The notes under the pieces are model-generated. The model was given only the letters and a program-made list of their open reading frames with translations, ran no database searches and was not told the DNA's origin. 17,444 bases of DNA from Candidatus Bipolaricaulia bacterium (GTDB lineage Bacteria; Bipolaricaulota; Bipolaricaulia; JBHIAT01). This document shows positions 1 to 9,193 of the stretch, one piece after another. Where the stretch lies: positions 1 to 17,444 of the forward strand of contig JBHIAT010000067.1 of NCBI GenBank assembly GCA_046758705.1, given 5' to 3'. A program made the translations under genes and the position numbers. Position 1 is the stretch's first letter, and the number at the start of each line of letters is the position of its first letter.

Positions 1-79
1 GTTTAGGGATCTCTTGATGTCAGGGCGTTTTTCTTGTGGAGGGAAAAGATCAGATCTTTTAGATAGGGCTTAGGGCTAG

Positions 80-154
80 GGCGGCATAGCCAAGTGGAAA
101 GGCAGGGGTCTGCAAAACCCTTATACCCCGGTTCGAATCCGGGTGCCGCCTCCA
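80..154 (+). tRNA. tRNA-Cys (anticodon GCA)
   Basis: Acceptor stem GGCGGCA(80-86)/TGCCGCC(144-150); D arm TAGCCAAGTGGAAAGGC; anticodon arm GGGGT-CTGCAAA-ACCCT with GCA at 112-114; T loop GTTCGAATCC; U discriminator at 151 and encoded CCA at 152-154. Confidence 0.98.
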
Positions 155-237
155 CCTGTCCGATCGTAAGCAAGGCACAGCGCGAGGCGCGCAAGCTCAT
201 TAACGAAGGGTTCCAGGGCTCCGACCAGGAACCCAGG

Positions 238-363
238 TCAGCCTCTGCTAACCCTGATGACGAGCCAGAGAAATAAGAGGGCGAGGACGACGAACGAGGC
301 AAGCAAGGAGTACGTTTGGTATGCTTCCCAGGCGAACTCGAGAAACTCCCAAATCTGACTCAG
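238..363 (-). CDS. Putative small single-pass membrane protein, 41 aa, CTG start (MSQIWEFLEFAWEAYQTYSLLASFVVLALLFLWLVIRVSRG)
   Basis: Translated by hand; below the ORF-track cutoff. SD AGGAGGTG (378-371) lies 7 nt upstream of CTG (363-361), TATAAT at 399-394, a ~17-residue hydrophobic run then RVSRG, TGA at 240-238, and a hairpin at 208-234 downstream. Confidence 0.55.
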   Translation of the reverse strand: MSQIWEFLEFAWEAYQTYSLLASFVVLALLFLWLVIRVSRG

Positions 364-420
364 GGTGTGCCACCTCCTGAACTCTCACATCCGATTATAC
401 CCAGTTAGGGTGTGAGAGAG

Positions 421-462
421 AAAACACCTCGTTTGAGCAGGTATGGTTGCTCAAGACCGAGG
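421..462 (-). terminator. Probable intrinsic terminator downstream of the S9 peptidase
   Basis: Minus strand CCTCGGTCTTGAGCA-loop-TGCTCAAACGAGG (imperfect stem) followed by TGTTTTCTCT. Confidence 0.5.
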
Positions 463-524
463 GACGGGCATCGATCTCTTGATCTTGATCTGCGTGTGCA
501 TTCACCGGAATCCCTCCTTGTAAC

Positions 525-2459
525 CTACAGCTCCGGCTCGAAATCGATCGGGTCGGCGAGCTCGAAGCCGAAGACCTGTGCGTAGAAGTAGAGCTCACCC
601 TCGAGGGTGCGCTTGATGTTCTCGGCGCATCGGAAGCCGTGCTGCTCGCCCTCGAACGGGACGTACACGACGGGCAGCCCCTTGGCGCGCAACGCCTCGA
701 CCATCAACTCAGCCTGGTTGGGTGGGACAATCTTGTCCTCAAGCCCCTGAAAGAAAATCACCGGACACGAGAGGCGATCGGTGAAGTTGATCGGCGAGCG
801 CTCCCGGTAGAGGTCGCGACGCTCGGGGTAGGGACCGATCAGCCAATCCCCGTAGCGCGACTCGAACTTGTGAGTGTCCTTGACCAACGCTTCCAGGTCG
901 CTGACCCCGAAATGGCTGGCGCCGGCCTTAAAGACGTCTCGGAAGGTGAGTGCGGATAGTGTCGTGTAGCCACCCGCGCTGCCTCCGGTGATCGCGAGCC
1001 GATCGCCGTCGACCTCACCCCGTTCGACCAGGTAGCGCGCGCCGTTCACACAGTCGTCCACGTCAACGACACCCCACTGACCTTCAAGCCGTTGACGATA
1101 TGCCCGACCGTAGCCGGTGCTGCCGCCGTAATTCACGTCGAGGATGGCAATGCCACGGCTGGTCCAGTACTGGATCCTCAGGTTAAGCGTGCTGGAGGCG
1201 GCCGCCGTCGGCCCACCGTGGCTTTTGACCAACAAGGGCGACCGCTCGCCGGATGGAGTGGTGTAGTCGCGGTTTCTTGGCCGATAGAAGAGCGCGTAAG
1301 CCGTGCGCCCATTCTCGGTCGGGAACTCAATCGACTCTGGGGTCGAGAGATATCCGGCATCGACGGCGGCCTCACTCGAGCGTCGCAGCACCTCAGGCCG
1401 CCGCGTGGCCAAGTCGAACTGGACGATGGACAGCGGTTCTGTGGGTGAGCCGGCGCGGAACACGACACGCCCGGGCACCGCGCGGAGGCGCATGATCTCG
1501 GAGTATGGAACCTCGATCGGCTCGAGTTCACCGGTCGCCGTGTCGAGGCTTGCCAGGTGCCAGGTCCCCTGCTCAGTGTAACTGCAGATGATGCGGTCGG
1601 CTGACTCAACCGCATAGGTGGACATTCCAAAAACCCACTGTGGCTGTCCGAACTCGGCCTCCAGCTCGATGAGGGGCTCGACGTGTCCGTCGCGCCAGCG
1701 GTAGAGATTCCACCAGCCGGTCCGGTCGGAGACAAAGTACAGGACACCATCTGGCGACCACTCCGGTTGGAAGATCGACTCATCGGACCCACCGGCAACC
1801 TGCTCGGTCCGACCGATGGAGCCGTCGTCCTCCAGCTCACCAACCCAGAGCTCGGTCCCGTCCCACGGCATGTTCGGGTGGTTCCAAGTGAGCCACGCCA
1901 GGTGAGACCCATCCGGGCTGAGACATGGCGACGAGTAGAAGTCGTTTCCAGAGACAAGCACCTTACCGTCCGCTTCCCCCTCGACGTCGAGGCTCACCAA
2001 CGTGTTGACCGGTTCGCGTCCGGCATCGGTGTGGTCCTCGCGTACGCAGATCATCCGGCTCTGGCGACGGTCGATGACGCCGTCCGCATAGCGCAGCCCT
2101 GCCTTGGGCACCTCAGGAGTGATCGGCCGCGGTGGGGCACCGAGATCCTGACGGTAAACGCGTTGATCGGTGAAGTTTGAGAAGTAGACGGTGCCGTCAG
2201 CAATGACGAAGGCGCCGCCACCGTACTCATGCACCCGTGTTCGAGCGTTGAACGGGGATGGTGTGATATCGGTCGTCCGCCCGTCCGGGGTCCGTCGCAC
2301 GATGACGTAACGGCCACCCTCCGCCGGGCGTGCCTCGATCCAGTAAACATCTTCGCCGTCGAGTTCAAGCTGATCAAACCCGATCTCCCCGGACACAATC
2401 AGATCCGAAGTGATCGGCGATTTCCAAGAGCCGTACGGCGCCACCTGAGGTTCAGACAT
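525..2459 (-). CDS. S9 (prolyl oligopeptidase clan) dipeptidyl aminopeptidase / acylaminoacyl peptidase
   Basis: N-terminal [10 protein letters not shown], beta-propeller region, [14 protein letters not shown], nucleophile GGSAGG, catalytic Asp (GLEDKIVP) and His (GEQHGF). Start moved to ATG 2459, which has AAGGAGG upstream. Confidence 0.95.
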   Translation of the reverse strand: MSEPQVAPYGSWKSPITSDLIVSGEIGFDQLELDGEDVYWIEARPAEGGRYVIVRRTPDGRTTDITPSPFNARTRVHEYGGGAFVIADGTVYFSNFTDQRVYRQDLGAPPRPITPEVPKAGLRYADGVIDRRQSRMICVREDHTDAGREPVNTLVSLDVEGEADGKVLVSGNDFYSSPCLSPDGSHLAWLTWNHPNMPWDGTELWVGELEDDGSIGRTEQVAGGSDESIFQPEWSPDGVLYFVSDRTGWWNLYRWRDGHVEPLIELEAEFGQPQWVFGMSTYAVESADRIICSYTEQGTWHLASLDTATGELEPIEVPYSEIMRLRAVPGRVVFRAGSPTEPLSIVQFDLATRRPEVLRRSSEAAVDAGYLSTPESIEFPTENGRTAYALFYRPRNRDYTTPSGERSPLLVKSHGGPTAAASSTLNLRIQYWTSRGIAILDVNYGGSTGYGRAYRQRLEGQWGVVDVDDCVNGARYLVERGEVDGDRLAITGGSAGGYTTLSALTFRDVFKAGASHFGVSDLEALVKDTHKFESRYGDWLIGPYPERRDLYRERSPINFTDRLSCPVIFFQGLEDKIVPPNQAELMVEALRAKGLPVVYVPFEGEQHGFRCAENIKRTLEGELYFYAQVFGFELADPIDFEPEL

Positions 2460-2556
2460 TTTGTTTTTCCTCCTTTTGTGTCCCAAAAATCGGACCCAAT
2501 ATAATATAAACGGCTACGTCTGAGGCCGAGGCGCTGTGGACATTACTGGATACGGG

Positions 2557-3288
2557 CTATTCGGGATCGGTTTGACGTCCTCGGAGGATCAACTCGCTCA
2601 AATCCTCCACGCTTTGGATCTCGGCCCGCGGATACACCCCGATCACCGACCCGCGGTCCATTACCCCGACGTCGTCCGCCACGGCCAACGCAAGCGGCAA
2701 CTTTTGTTCAACCAACAGCACCGTCAAACCTTCCTCTTTGAGTTTGAGGATCGAATTTTGGATGGCGTCGACCAGGATTGGTGCCAACCCTTCGGTCGGC
2801 TCATCCATCAATATGATGTCTGGATTCATGATTAACGCCCTGGCAATCGATAACATCGAGCGCTCGCCCCCTGACAACGTGTCTGCTCTAGCCGTCAGGC
2901 GCTCTTGTAACGGCGGGAACAGCTCCAAGACTGTTTCGAGGGTGAACGGCTCCAGGCGTATCGGGTTGACCAGATGGAGATGCTCCTCCACCGAGAGGCT
3001 CTGAAAAAGCCGCCTACCTTGCGGTATCAATGCCAAACCGAACGCTCGACGTTGATAAGCCGGACGGCCGAGCAGCTTGACCCCCTTCACTTCAACGTTG
3101 CCGCTGGTCGCTGGCAATAATCCCATGATGGTGTTGATCAAGGTGGTTTTGCCAACCCCGTTGCGCCCTACAATGGTTGTCACAGAACCGGCGAGCACTC
3201 CTAATGTGACCCCTTGTAGAACATGACTTAGACCGTAGTGTACATGGAGGTTCTCGATCCGGAGCGCTACTTGGTCAGTTGCTACCAA
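2557..3288 (-). CDS. livF: Branched-chain amino acid type ABC transporter ATP-binding protein (LivF-like)
   Basis: Walker A GRNGVGKTT, signature LSGGE, Walker B MDEPTEGL, LLVEQ. Probable TTG start at 3288 with AGGAGG 6 nt upstream. Confidence 0.93.
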   Translation of the reverse strand: MVATDQVALRIENLHVHYGLSHVLQGVTLGVLAGSVTTIVGRNGVGKTTLINTIMGLLPATSGNVEVKGVKLLGRPAYQRRAFGLALIPQGRRLFQSLSVEEHLHLVNPIRLEPFTLETVLELFPPLQERLTARADTLSGGERSMLSIARALIMNPDIILMDEPTEGLAPILVDAIQNSILKLKEEGLTVLLVEQKLPLALAVADDVGVMDRGSVIGVYPRAEIQSVEDLSELILRGRQTDPE

Positions 3289-4033
3289 GGTAAACCTCCT
3301 TGACGACCGGATCTTGACGCACAGCATCCGTCGGGCCGTCGGCGATGCGCTTCCCATAGTGCAAGACCGTAAGGTGATCGGCGAGTTTAAAAACGACGTT
3401 CAAGCTGTGTTCGATAATGACGATGGTCAATTGCTTCGGCAGGCGTTGAATCAAATCGATGATGACTCTGGTCTCTGCCTCCGACAGACCCGCGGTAGGT
3501 TCATCAAGCAATAGGATCCGAGGTGCCACTGCCAGCGCCACCGCGATTTCAAGTTGGCGCTGTTCCCCATACCCCATGTTCCTTACCCGGGTATCTCTCA
3601 AGTGCTCCAAGCGTAGCTCCTTCAGCAGTGCTTCGGCGACCGCCTGGGCGCTTTGATCTTGTCGAGCTGAACGCCAGGGGTGTCGGTGATGGTTAAGCCT
3701 GACAAACGCTCCGATGAGCACATTTTCCAGCGCGGTGAGCTTCGGCAGCAGGGTGGTGAGCTGAAAAGTTCGTACGATCCCCAAGTGCACGCGTGTGTGA
3801 GCAGGCAGATGGGTGATGTCCCTGTCTCGCAACCACACGTTTCCTGAGTGGGGTTTGACAAAACCGGTGATCACATTGAACAACGTCGTTTTACCGGCAC
3901 CATTCGGCCCCAAGATCCCGTGCCGGGTCCCTTCCTTCACTTCCAGGTCGACATCCTTTAACGCCGTCAACCCCCCGAATTGCACCGTCAGTTGGTTCAC
4001 GGTCAACACGATATCGTCCTGTGTCATTTTCAT
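3275..4033 (-). CDS. livG: Branched-chain amino acid type ABC transporter ATP-binding protein (LivG-like)
   Basis: FGGLTAL, GPNGAGKTT, RTFQ, YGEQRQLEIA, LLDEPTAGL, IEH, C-terminal VKEVYLG. Confidence 0.94.
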   Translation of the reverse strand: MKMTQDDIVLTVNQLTVQFGGLTALKDVDLEVKEGTRHGILGPNGAGKTTLFNVITGFVKPHSGNVWLRDRDITHLPAHTRVHLGIVRTFQLTTLLPKLTALENVLIGAFVRLNHHRHPWRSARQDQSAQAVAEALLKELRLEHLRDTRVRNMGYGEQRQLEIAVALAVAPRILLLDEPTAGLSEAETRVIIDLIQRLPKQLTIVIIEHSLNVVFKLADHLTVLHYGKRIADGPTDAVRQDPVVKEVYLGSN

Positions 4034-4043
4034 GGTTGCCCTC

Positions 4044-5012
4044 TCAACATCGGGGCTTTAGTTTTCGGCCACTGAGGCGCGATCGATAGAAATAGTGAAC
4101 CGTTCTCGGCAACGAAGCCAACCCTTCAGGAAGGACCACCGCGGTCACGATGTAGAGGCATCCAAGCACCATGATCCAGCTCTGCGTCTCGCCGACGAGC
4201 AGAGTCTTCAGCACATGAAGCCCTGCTCCGGCGAAGAACGGCCCCCACAGCGACCCAGCCCCTCCGATGATCACCGACAGCATCATCTGAGCGGAAAGGC
4301 GCCAATCCAGTGAACTCGGTCCCACGAATTTGTTGAAATAAGCGCTTAACACACCGTAGACTGCCCCAACGCTGGCGGCGATCACAAATGCGATCGTCCG
4401 GCGCGCGTGGACGTTGTAACCCAAGGCCGCTGTTCGCATGGGGCTTTCACGCACGGCAAGCAGGCCAAGACCCATCGGGCTATCGGCGAACCGCCTCACC
4501 AAAAACGTCAACAGGACCACCCAAAACAGGGTGAACCAGTAATACCCGCCACTCGCATTCAGATCGACGTCTAGTACGGCGAGAGAGGGACGGATAACCC
4601 CAGGAATACCGTTTTCACCGCCCGTAAACGAAGTCCAGCGGATGGTCAATCCCCAGACCACCTGCCCGAAGGCCAGGGTCATGGTCAAAAACGTCAACCC
4701 GCGAAGGCGCACCGCCAAGGGGGCAAACGCAAGCGCCACCGCCGTCGACAAGCCGATACCGATCCCCGCCGCTGCCCACGGATCGATCCCCCATCGTGTA
4801 ATGGAAAGCGCAGCCGCGTACCCTCCGAGGCCGAAGAAGGCAGCGTGCCCCAGGCTTGGTAACCCGGTGAAGCCCACCAAGATATCCAACCCCATTGCAA
4901 AGCCGCCGAAGATGAACGCCTGCGTCAACAGCTCAGTCCAGTACGTTCCCGCCGCCAGAGGCAAGAAGGCCAAAACGAGCCCAAGGCTGATGACCAGCGC
5001 ATCCCGATTCAC
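4044..5012 (-). CDS. livM: Branched-chain amino acid type ABC permease (LivM-like)
   Basis: Multi-TM protein with GFTGLPSLGHAAFFGLGGY, MTLAF, TGGENG and IIGGAGSLWGP motifs; GTG start overlaps the upstream stop. Confidence 0.93.
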   Translation of the reverse strand: MNRDALVISLGLVLAFLPLAAGTYWTELLTQAFIFGGFAMGLDILVGFTGLPSLGHAAFFGLGGYAAALSITRWGIDPWAAAGIGIGLSTAVALAFAPLAVRLRGLTFLTMTLAFGQVVWGLTIRWTSFTGGENGIPGVIRPSLAVLDVDLNASGGYYWFTLFWVVLLTFLVRRFADSPMGLGLLAVRESPMRTAALGYNVHARRTIAFVIAASVGAVYGVLSAYFNKFVGPSSLDWRLSAQMMLSVIIGGAGSLWGPFFAGAGLHVLKTLLVGETQSWIMVLGCLYIVTAVVLPEGLASLPRTVHYFYRSRLSGRKLKPRC

Positions 5013-5875
5013 TCCACTACCTCCCTGCCAAACAGCCCAGCCGGGCGGAGCAGCAGGATAAGGATAACGGGTAAGAATAGGGTGAAATAGCTGATTTCAG
5101 GGAACAGCGCTCTGCCAAACGTGTCCACCAATCCCACCAGCAGGCTGCTGAGGAAAGCCCCTTTGAGACTCCCGATGCCACCGACGACGATCACCACCAC
5201 GGCAAGCAGCAGGACATCGAAGTCAAGGCCGATGGAAACGCCCAGTACCGGCCCCCCGAGAACACCGGCGAACCCGGCCAAGGCAGCCCCGACGGCAAAT
5301 ACAGTCGCATACACCCGATCCACCCGGATCCCCATCGCGGCGGCCATGTCGCGGTCATCCACACTCGCCCTGATGACAGCGCCCAGACGGGATCGCTCCC
5401 AGAAGACCCAGAGCGCGACGCCCACCACAATGCCCAGCCCAATGAGAAACAGGCGGTAGAGTGGATAGATCACGCCAAAGACGGAAATGGAGGTCGCGAA
5501 CACGTCAGGCGTACTTATTCTCCGTGGGATCCCTCCCCAAATGATCAAAAAAGCGTTGTTGAATACAAAAGCCAGCCCGAGCGTCAGGAGGACCTGGTTG
5601 AAGGGACTGCCGAGCAAGATGCGAGTAAAAGTTTGCTGGATCACCAACCCCAATGCCGCCGCCGAGATCGCCCCGCATAATAAGGCCAGAAAGTAATTCC
5701 CGGTGGCTTGCACCACGGACCAACCCACATATCCTCCAAGCAGGAACAGGCCACCATGGGTTAAATTCAGAATACGCATTAAACCAAAGACCACCGTGAG
5801 CCCACTTGCGACGAAATACAAGAGAGCCCCGGTGGTCAGCCCGTTCAGGATCTGAAATATGATGAACCGAGACAA
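5009..5875 (-). CDS. livH: Branched-chain amino acid type ABC permease (LivH-like)
   Basis: LNGL, ASGLTVVFGLMRILNLTHG and VVGGIGSLKGA motifs. Probable TTG start at 5875 after GGGGAGG; the longer ORF-track N-terminus looks spurious. Confidence 0.92.
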   Translation of the reverse strand: MSRFIIFQILNGLTTGALLYFVASGLTVVFGLMRILNLTHGGLFLLGGYVGWSVVQATGNYFLALLCGAISAAALGLVIQQTFTRILLGSPFNQVLLTLGLAFVFNNAFLIIWGGIPRRISTPDVFATSISVFGVIYPLYRLFLIGLGIVVGVALWVFWERSRLGAVIRASVDDRDMAAAMGIRVDRVYATVFAVGAALAGFAGVLGGPVLGVSIGLDFDVLLLAVVVIVVGGIGSLKGAFLSSLLVGLVDTFGRALFPEISYFTLFLPVILILLLRPAGLFGREVVE

Positions 5876-5998
5876 AAAACCTCCCCGTGCTCTTAGGCGA
5901 CGACGGCTTGATCGAAGATCAGGGGGCCGGAGCACTGTCTAAAGTCTCCAAGCCCCCCGTTCCCCAACAATCACTTCATTGACATTCGTCTACATCGA

Positions 5999-7204
5999 TC
6001 AACCCTCAGGAGGCGTCCAGTTCTGTGAAACGTTCGAGATGATGTCGATCAACTTCTGCCTGATACCGCCGTCCTCTGCACGCACCACCTCTGTCAGGTA
6101 GATATTTCTGACCGACTGTCCGTTGTCATCGAAGCGGAACGGGCCACTCGTACCGATGAACTCCAACCTCGCCAGCGCACTGAGAAACGCCTGTGTATCG
6201 CTCAGATCTCCCTTGACCGCTTGGATGGCTCTGGCGGCGACCTCTCCGCCCAGGTATCCTTCTTCGATATACATGTTCGGTTCGCCACCGATCTGAGCGC
6301 TGAATAGCACAAGGAACCGTCGGTTGGCAGGATTGTCAAGGCTGGACACATACTGGGATGCCTGCACCAATCCCAGAGCCGTCTCGCTCATGGCTCCGAG
6401 TACACCCGTGGAGAAGTACCCATCGGCGACCACTTGCAGGCGCGGCGTCAACCCAAACTCCTGGAGCTGCTGCATGAAGGCAATCGCTCCCGGGCCGGCA
6501 AAGAAGGCATAGATCACATCAACTCGGTTCGGATCCACTCTACCGATGAACGGCCCGTAATCCGTCGTGCCCAACGGCGGCATTTGCTGGGTGGCGATGG
6601 TCCCTCCCGCCGCGGTGAACGCATCGATAAACATCCCAGCTCTCTCTTCACCGACCAGGAAGTTCCAGGCAAATGGCGCTGCCCGCTTCAGGCCAAGCTT
6701 CTCTCCTACATACCATCCCAACGGGCGTTCCTGCTGACCGTTGGCCATGGCCACACGGAACACAAACGGACTTCGCCCTTCCCCGGTGACCGCACGGGCA
6801 CCCGCAATTACGATCAAAAGCGGCACCTCAGCCTCATCTGCGAACTGGGCGAGGGGAACGGAAACCGCAGAGTTCACCGTCCCCATGAGAAAATCCACCT
6901 TTTCTCGGTCGATCAAGCGTCTGGCTTGATCCAGTGCCTGCTGAGGATTGCCTGCGGTGTCGGCAAAGACGAGCTCAACATTCACTCCCTCGATCTCGTG
7001 GTTGTTGAAATAGAGCTCGATGCCTTGGTTTTCCCATTGACCGAAGATAGCCAAACCACCACTCACAGGATTGAGCACGCCAATCTTGACCGTTCTTGCT
7101 GCTTGAGCCTGGGCGGCTATCGACATACCGCCGGCATACAGGAAGGCCAGCAGCGCCAACAACATCGGTGTTACAACTGTCCAACGCCAGGGATAGTTCT
7201 TCAT
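5999..7204 (-). CDS. ABC transporter substrate-binding protein, Leu/Ile/Val-binding (LivJ/K) family; substrate unknown
   Basis: Signal peptide, VKIGVLNPVSG, FADTAGNP, SGPFRFDDNG; SD AGGAGGAGG; first gene of the Liv-type operon. Confidence 0.92.
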   Translation of the reverse strand: MKNYPWRWTVVTPMLLALLAFLYAGGMSIAAQAQAARTVKIGVLNPVSGGLAIFGQWENQGIELYFNNHEIEGVNVELVFADTAGNPQQALDQARRLIDREKVDFLMGTVNSAVSVPLAQFADEAEVPLLIVIAGARAVTGEGRSPFVFRVAMANGQQERPLGWYVGEKLGLKRAAPFAWNFLVGEERAGMFIDAFTAAGGTIATQQMPPLGTTDYGPFIGRVDPNRVDVIYAFFAGPGAIAFMQQLQEFGLTPRLQVVADGYFSTGVLGAMSETALGLVQASQYVSSLDNPANRRFLVLFSAQIGGEPNMYIEEGYLGGEVAARAIQAVKGDLSDTQAFLSALARLEFIGTSGPFRFDDNGQSVRNIYLTEVVRAEDGGIRQKLIDIISNVSQNWTPPEG

Positions 7205-7230
7205 GGGAACCTCCTCCTATTTCGGGTTCG

Positions 7231-7294
7231 AATGATAATTCATTATTCATCTCCCAGCGAAGTTTTGTCAAGGCGTCGCGACGCGTAATATACT
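7231..7294. promoter_or_regulatory. Back-to-back sigma70-type promoters for the ABC operon (-) and the M20 peptidase (+)
   Basis: Minus: TTGACA(7271-7266)-18 nt-AATAAT(7247-7242). Plus: TTGTCA(7265-7270)-18 nt-TATACT(7289-7294). Palindromes AATGA-TAAT-TCATT (7231-7244) and GCGTCGCGACGC (7273-7284). Confidence 0.55.
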
Positions 7295-7331
7295 TACCCC
7301 AAGCCATCATCTACCAAGGAGGAAAATACAG

Positions 7332-8648
7332 ATGTCATCGACGATCTATCAAAGACCTGTGGAGTTGTTGCAGGACTTGATTCGTTTTGACACCACCAAT
7401 CCGCCGGGCAACGAAGTTGAGTGCATGAACTATATCGATGGTCTGTTGACCGAAGCAGGTATCGAAACGACCCGGCTCGCCCGCGACCCCAATCGCCCGA
7501 ATCTGATAGCCCGCTTGAAGGGACAGGACAACGCACCACCGTTGTTGCTTTACGGGCACGTGGATGTGGTCACAACGGCAAACCAGGACTGGCAACATCC
7601 GCCGTTCGAAGGGAAATTGGTGGACGGCTACGTCTGGGGCCGAGGCGCTCTGGATATGAAAAGCGGCGTCGCCATGATCCTGGCCGCCTTCCTGCGCGCC
7701 AAAGCCGAAGATCTCGCTCTACCGGGTGACGTCGTGCTGGCCATCCTAAGCGACGAGGAAGCGGGCGGTGACTACGGGGCCAAGTACCTGGCCGAAAATC
7801 ACGCGGATCTGTTCGAAGGCATCCGCTATGCCATCGGGGAATTTGGTGGTTTTCCATTGTATGCCGGTCAACAGAAATTTTACCTCATCCAAGTCGCTGA
7901 AAAGCGGATCTGCTGGACGAAGGCGATCATACACGGACCCGGTGGACACGGATCCCTGCCCATGCGCGGCGGTACGATGGCCAAGCTGGCCCAATTGCTT
8001 CAACGGTTGGATGAACACCGCCTGTCGGTGCATATCACGCCCATCGTACGCCAAATGTTGGAGACGATAGCTGAAGGGGTGCCTTCTCCTACGAACTCAA
8101 CCTTGACTCAACTTCTAGATCCGGATTTGACGGACAAGGCTCTGGATGAGCTAGGGCAAAACGGGCTTATGTTTGATGCGTTGCTGCACAACACGGTCAA
8201 CGCCACGATCGTCAACGGCGGCGATAAAGTCAACGTGATTCCCAGCGAAATTATCCTTAAGCTGGATATCCGGTTGCTCCCCGGTTACGGTCCCGATGAT
8301 GTGATCGATGAACTGCGCCAGATTGTCGGTGACGAGGTCGAATTTGAGATCAGCCGTCACGATCCCGGCCCCGCTGAGCCGGATATGGAACTGTTCGACA
8401 CATTAGCAGACATCCTGTATAAGGCTGATCCAGAGGGCGTATCGGTGCCCCTGGTGATGCCTGGAGCCACAGACGCACGGTTTTTCTCTCAGTTGGGCAT
8501 TCAGACTTATGGTTTCTTACCGATGAATCTGCCTGAGGAGTTTAACTTTTTACGGACCGTTCACGCCGCGGATGAACGTATCCCCGTAGAAGCCGTAGAT
8601 TTTGGGACCGATGCGGTTTACGAAGTGTTACAACGATTCGGAGACTAG
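7332..8648 (+). CDS. M20/M25/M40 family metallo-hydrolase (ArgE/DapE-like peptidase)
   Basis: GHVDVV, GRGALDMKSG, SDEEAGG, IGEFGG, GATDARF and HAADER metal-binding/catalytic motifs; SD AAGGAGG. Confidence 0.95.
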   Translation: MSSTIYQRPVELLQDLIRFDTTNPPGNEVECMNYIDGLLTEAGIETTRLARDPNRPNLIARLKGQDNAPPLLLYGHVDVVTTANQDWQHPPFEGKLVDGYVWGRGALDMKSGVAMILAAFLRAKAEDLALPGDVVLAILSDEEAGGDYGAKYLAENHADLFEGIRYAIGEFGGFPLYAGQQKFYLIQVAEKRICWTKAIIHGPGGHGSLPMRGGTMAKLAQLLQRLDEHRLSVHITPIVRQMLETIAEGVPSPTNSTLTQLLDPDLTDKALDELGQNGLMFDALLHNTVNATIVNGGDKVNVIPSEIILKLDIRLLPGYGPDDVIDELRQIVGDEVEFEISRHDPGPAEPDMELFDTLADILYKADPEGVSVPLVMPGATDARFFSQLGIQTYGFLPMNLPEEFNFLRTVHAADERIPVEAVDFGTDAVYEVLQRFGD

Positions 8649-9145
8649 CTCAGGTTCTCAGGAGGAATCAACTCAGAGAAGGCGTCGACCGCCTTCTGCC
8701 AGTAAGAGAGGCCCGCTTCTCCATCCCAACTGGGTTCGCGAACGCGCCTCAGATAGACCAGTGTGCTCAAGTGGTAAAACATGTGCTGGGTCACGCGCTT
8801 CAGCACCCAAGCCAACGTCAGTGGTCCCCGATCCGTCGAGACCGGGGCGTTGAACTGCTCCGGTGTGGCAGCAGTTACGTAGCTTGTCACCAGTTCTTTC
8901 ATTTCATGAAGAAACGCCAGCGTGTGTTCCAATGCGTTGTCTTCCGGGTAGTCGAGCACGTCATAGCCCAGCTTGCTCAACCAAAAACGCTCCGATCCGC
9001 CCACGTGGACAAGCAGCTCTTGGATCGATTTCACGTGCTCAGTGGGCTTCCAAACGGCGTCCTGTTGGGATAGCCCGTCAGCGGCTTGATAAACAGCCTG
9101 CCGCGCCAGTCGATAAACGGCTAAAAGTTCCGAAGCGGTTGCCAT
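8645..9145 (-). CDS. DinB/YfiT-like family protein, probably leaderless
   Basis: SIQELLVHVGGSERFWL and QHMFYH (H-x3-H) give the His triad pattern. Start placed at ATG 9145 from promoter geometry. Confidence 0.82.
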   Translation of the reverse strand: MATASELLAVYRLARQAVYQAADGLSQQDAVWKPTEHVKSIQELLVHVGGSERFWLSKLGYDVLDYPEDNALEHTLAFLHEMKELVTSYVTAATPEQFNAPVSTDRGPLTLAWVLKRVTQHMFYHLSTLVYLRRVREPSWDGEAGLSYWQKAVDAFSELIPPENLS

Positions 9146-9152
9146 CGTGGGC

Positions 9153-9181
9153 ATGATAGTGCGATTCAGCCGCGAGGTCAA
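9153..9181 (-). promoter_or_regulatory. Sigma70-type promoter of the DinB-family gene
   Basis: TTGACC(9181-9176)-17 nt-TATCAT(9158-9153), then 7 nt to ATG 9145; no SD. Confidence 0.65.
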
Positions 9182-9193
9182 TTATCATGTCAT

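Noticed and set aside
130-154. tRNA 3' end as an integration site for an island
   Set aside because: No integrase gene and no duplicated tRNA 3' fragment noticed in the window.
3-302. ORFs 3..302 (-) and 94..276 (+)
   Set aside because: Both run across the tRNA gene and lack SDs or motifs.
639-2504. Numerous overlapping ORFs within the S9 gene, including 1178..1957
   Set aside because: Alternative-frame products typical of GC-rich coding DNA; Arg/Pro/Ser-rich with no motifs.
5876-5998. Stem-loop potential between the binding-protein and permease genes
   Set aside because: Short imperfect stems of the kind common after ABC binding-protein genes; no riboswitch or ncRNA motif recognised.
6434-7288. 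284-aa plus-strand ORF opposite the substrate-binding gene
   Set aside because: Antisense shadow of a well-supported gene.
9185-9188. Alternative TCAT as the IS left cleavage site
   Set aside because: It does not give the +16 to +19 guide spacing; joining there keeps an ATT in place of the ATG and does not restore the methyltransferase start in frame.
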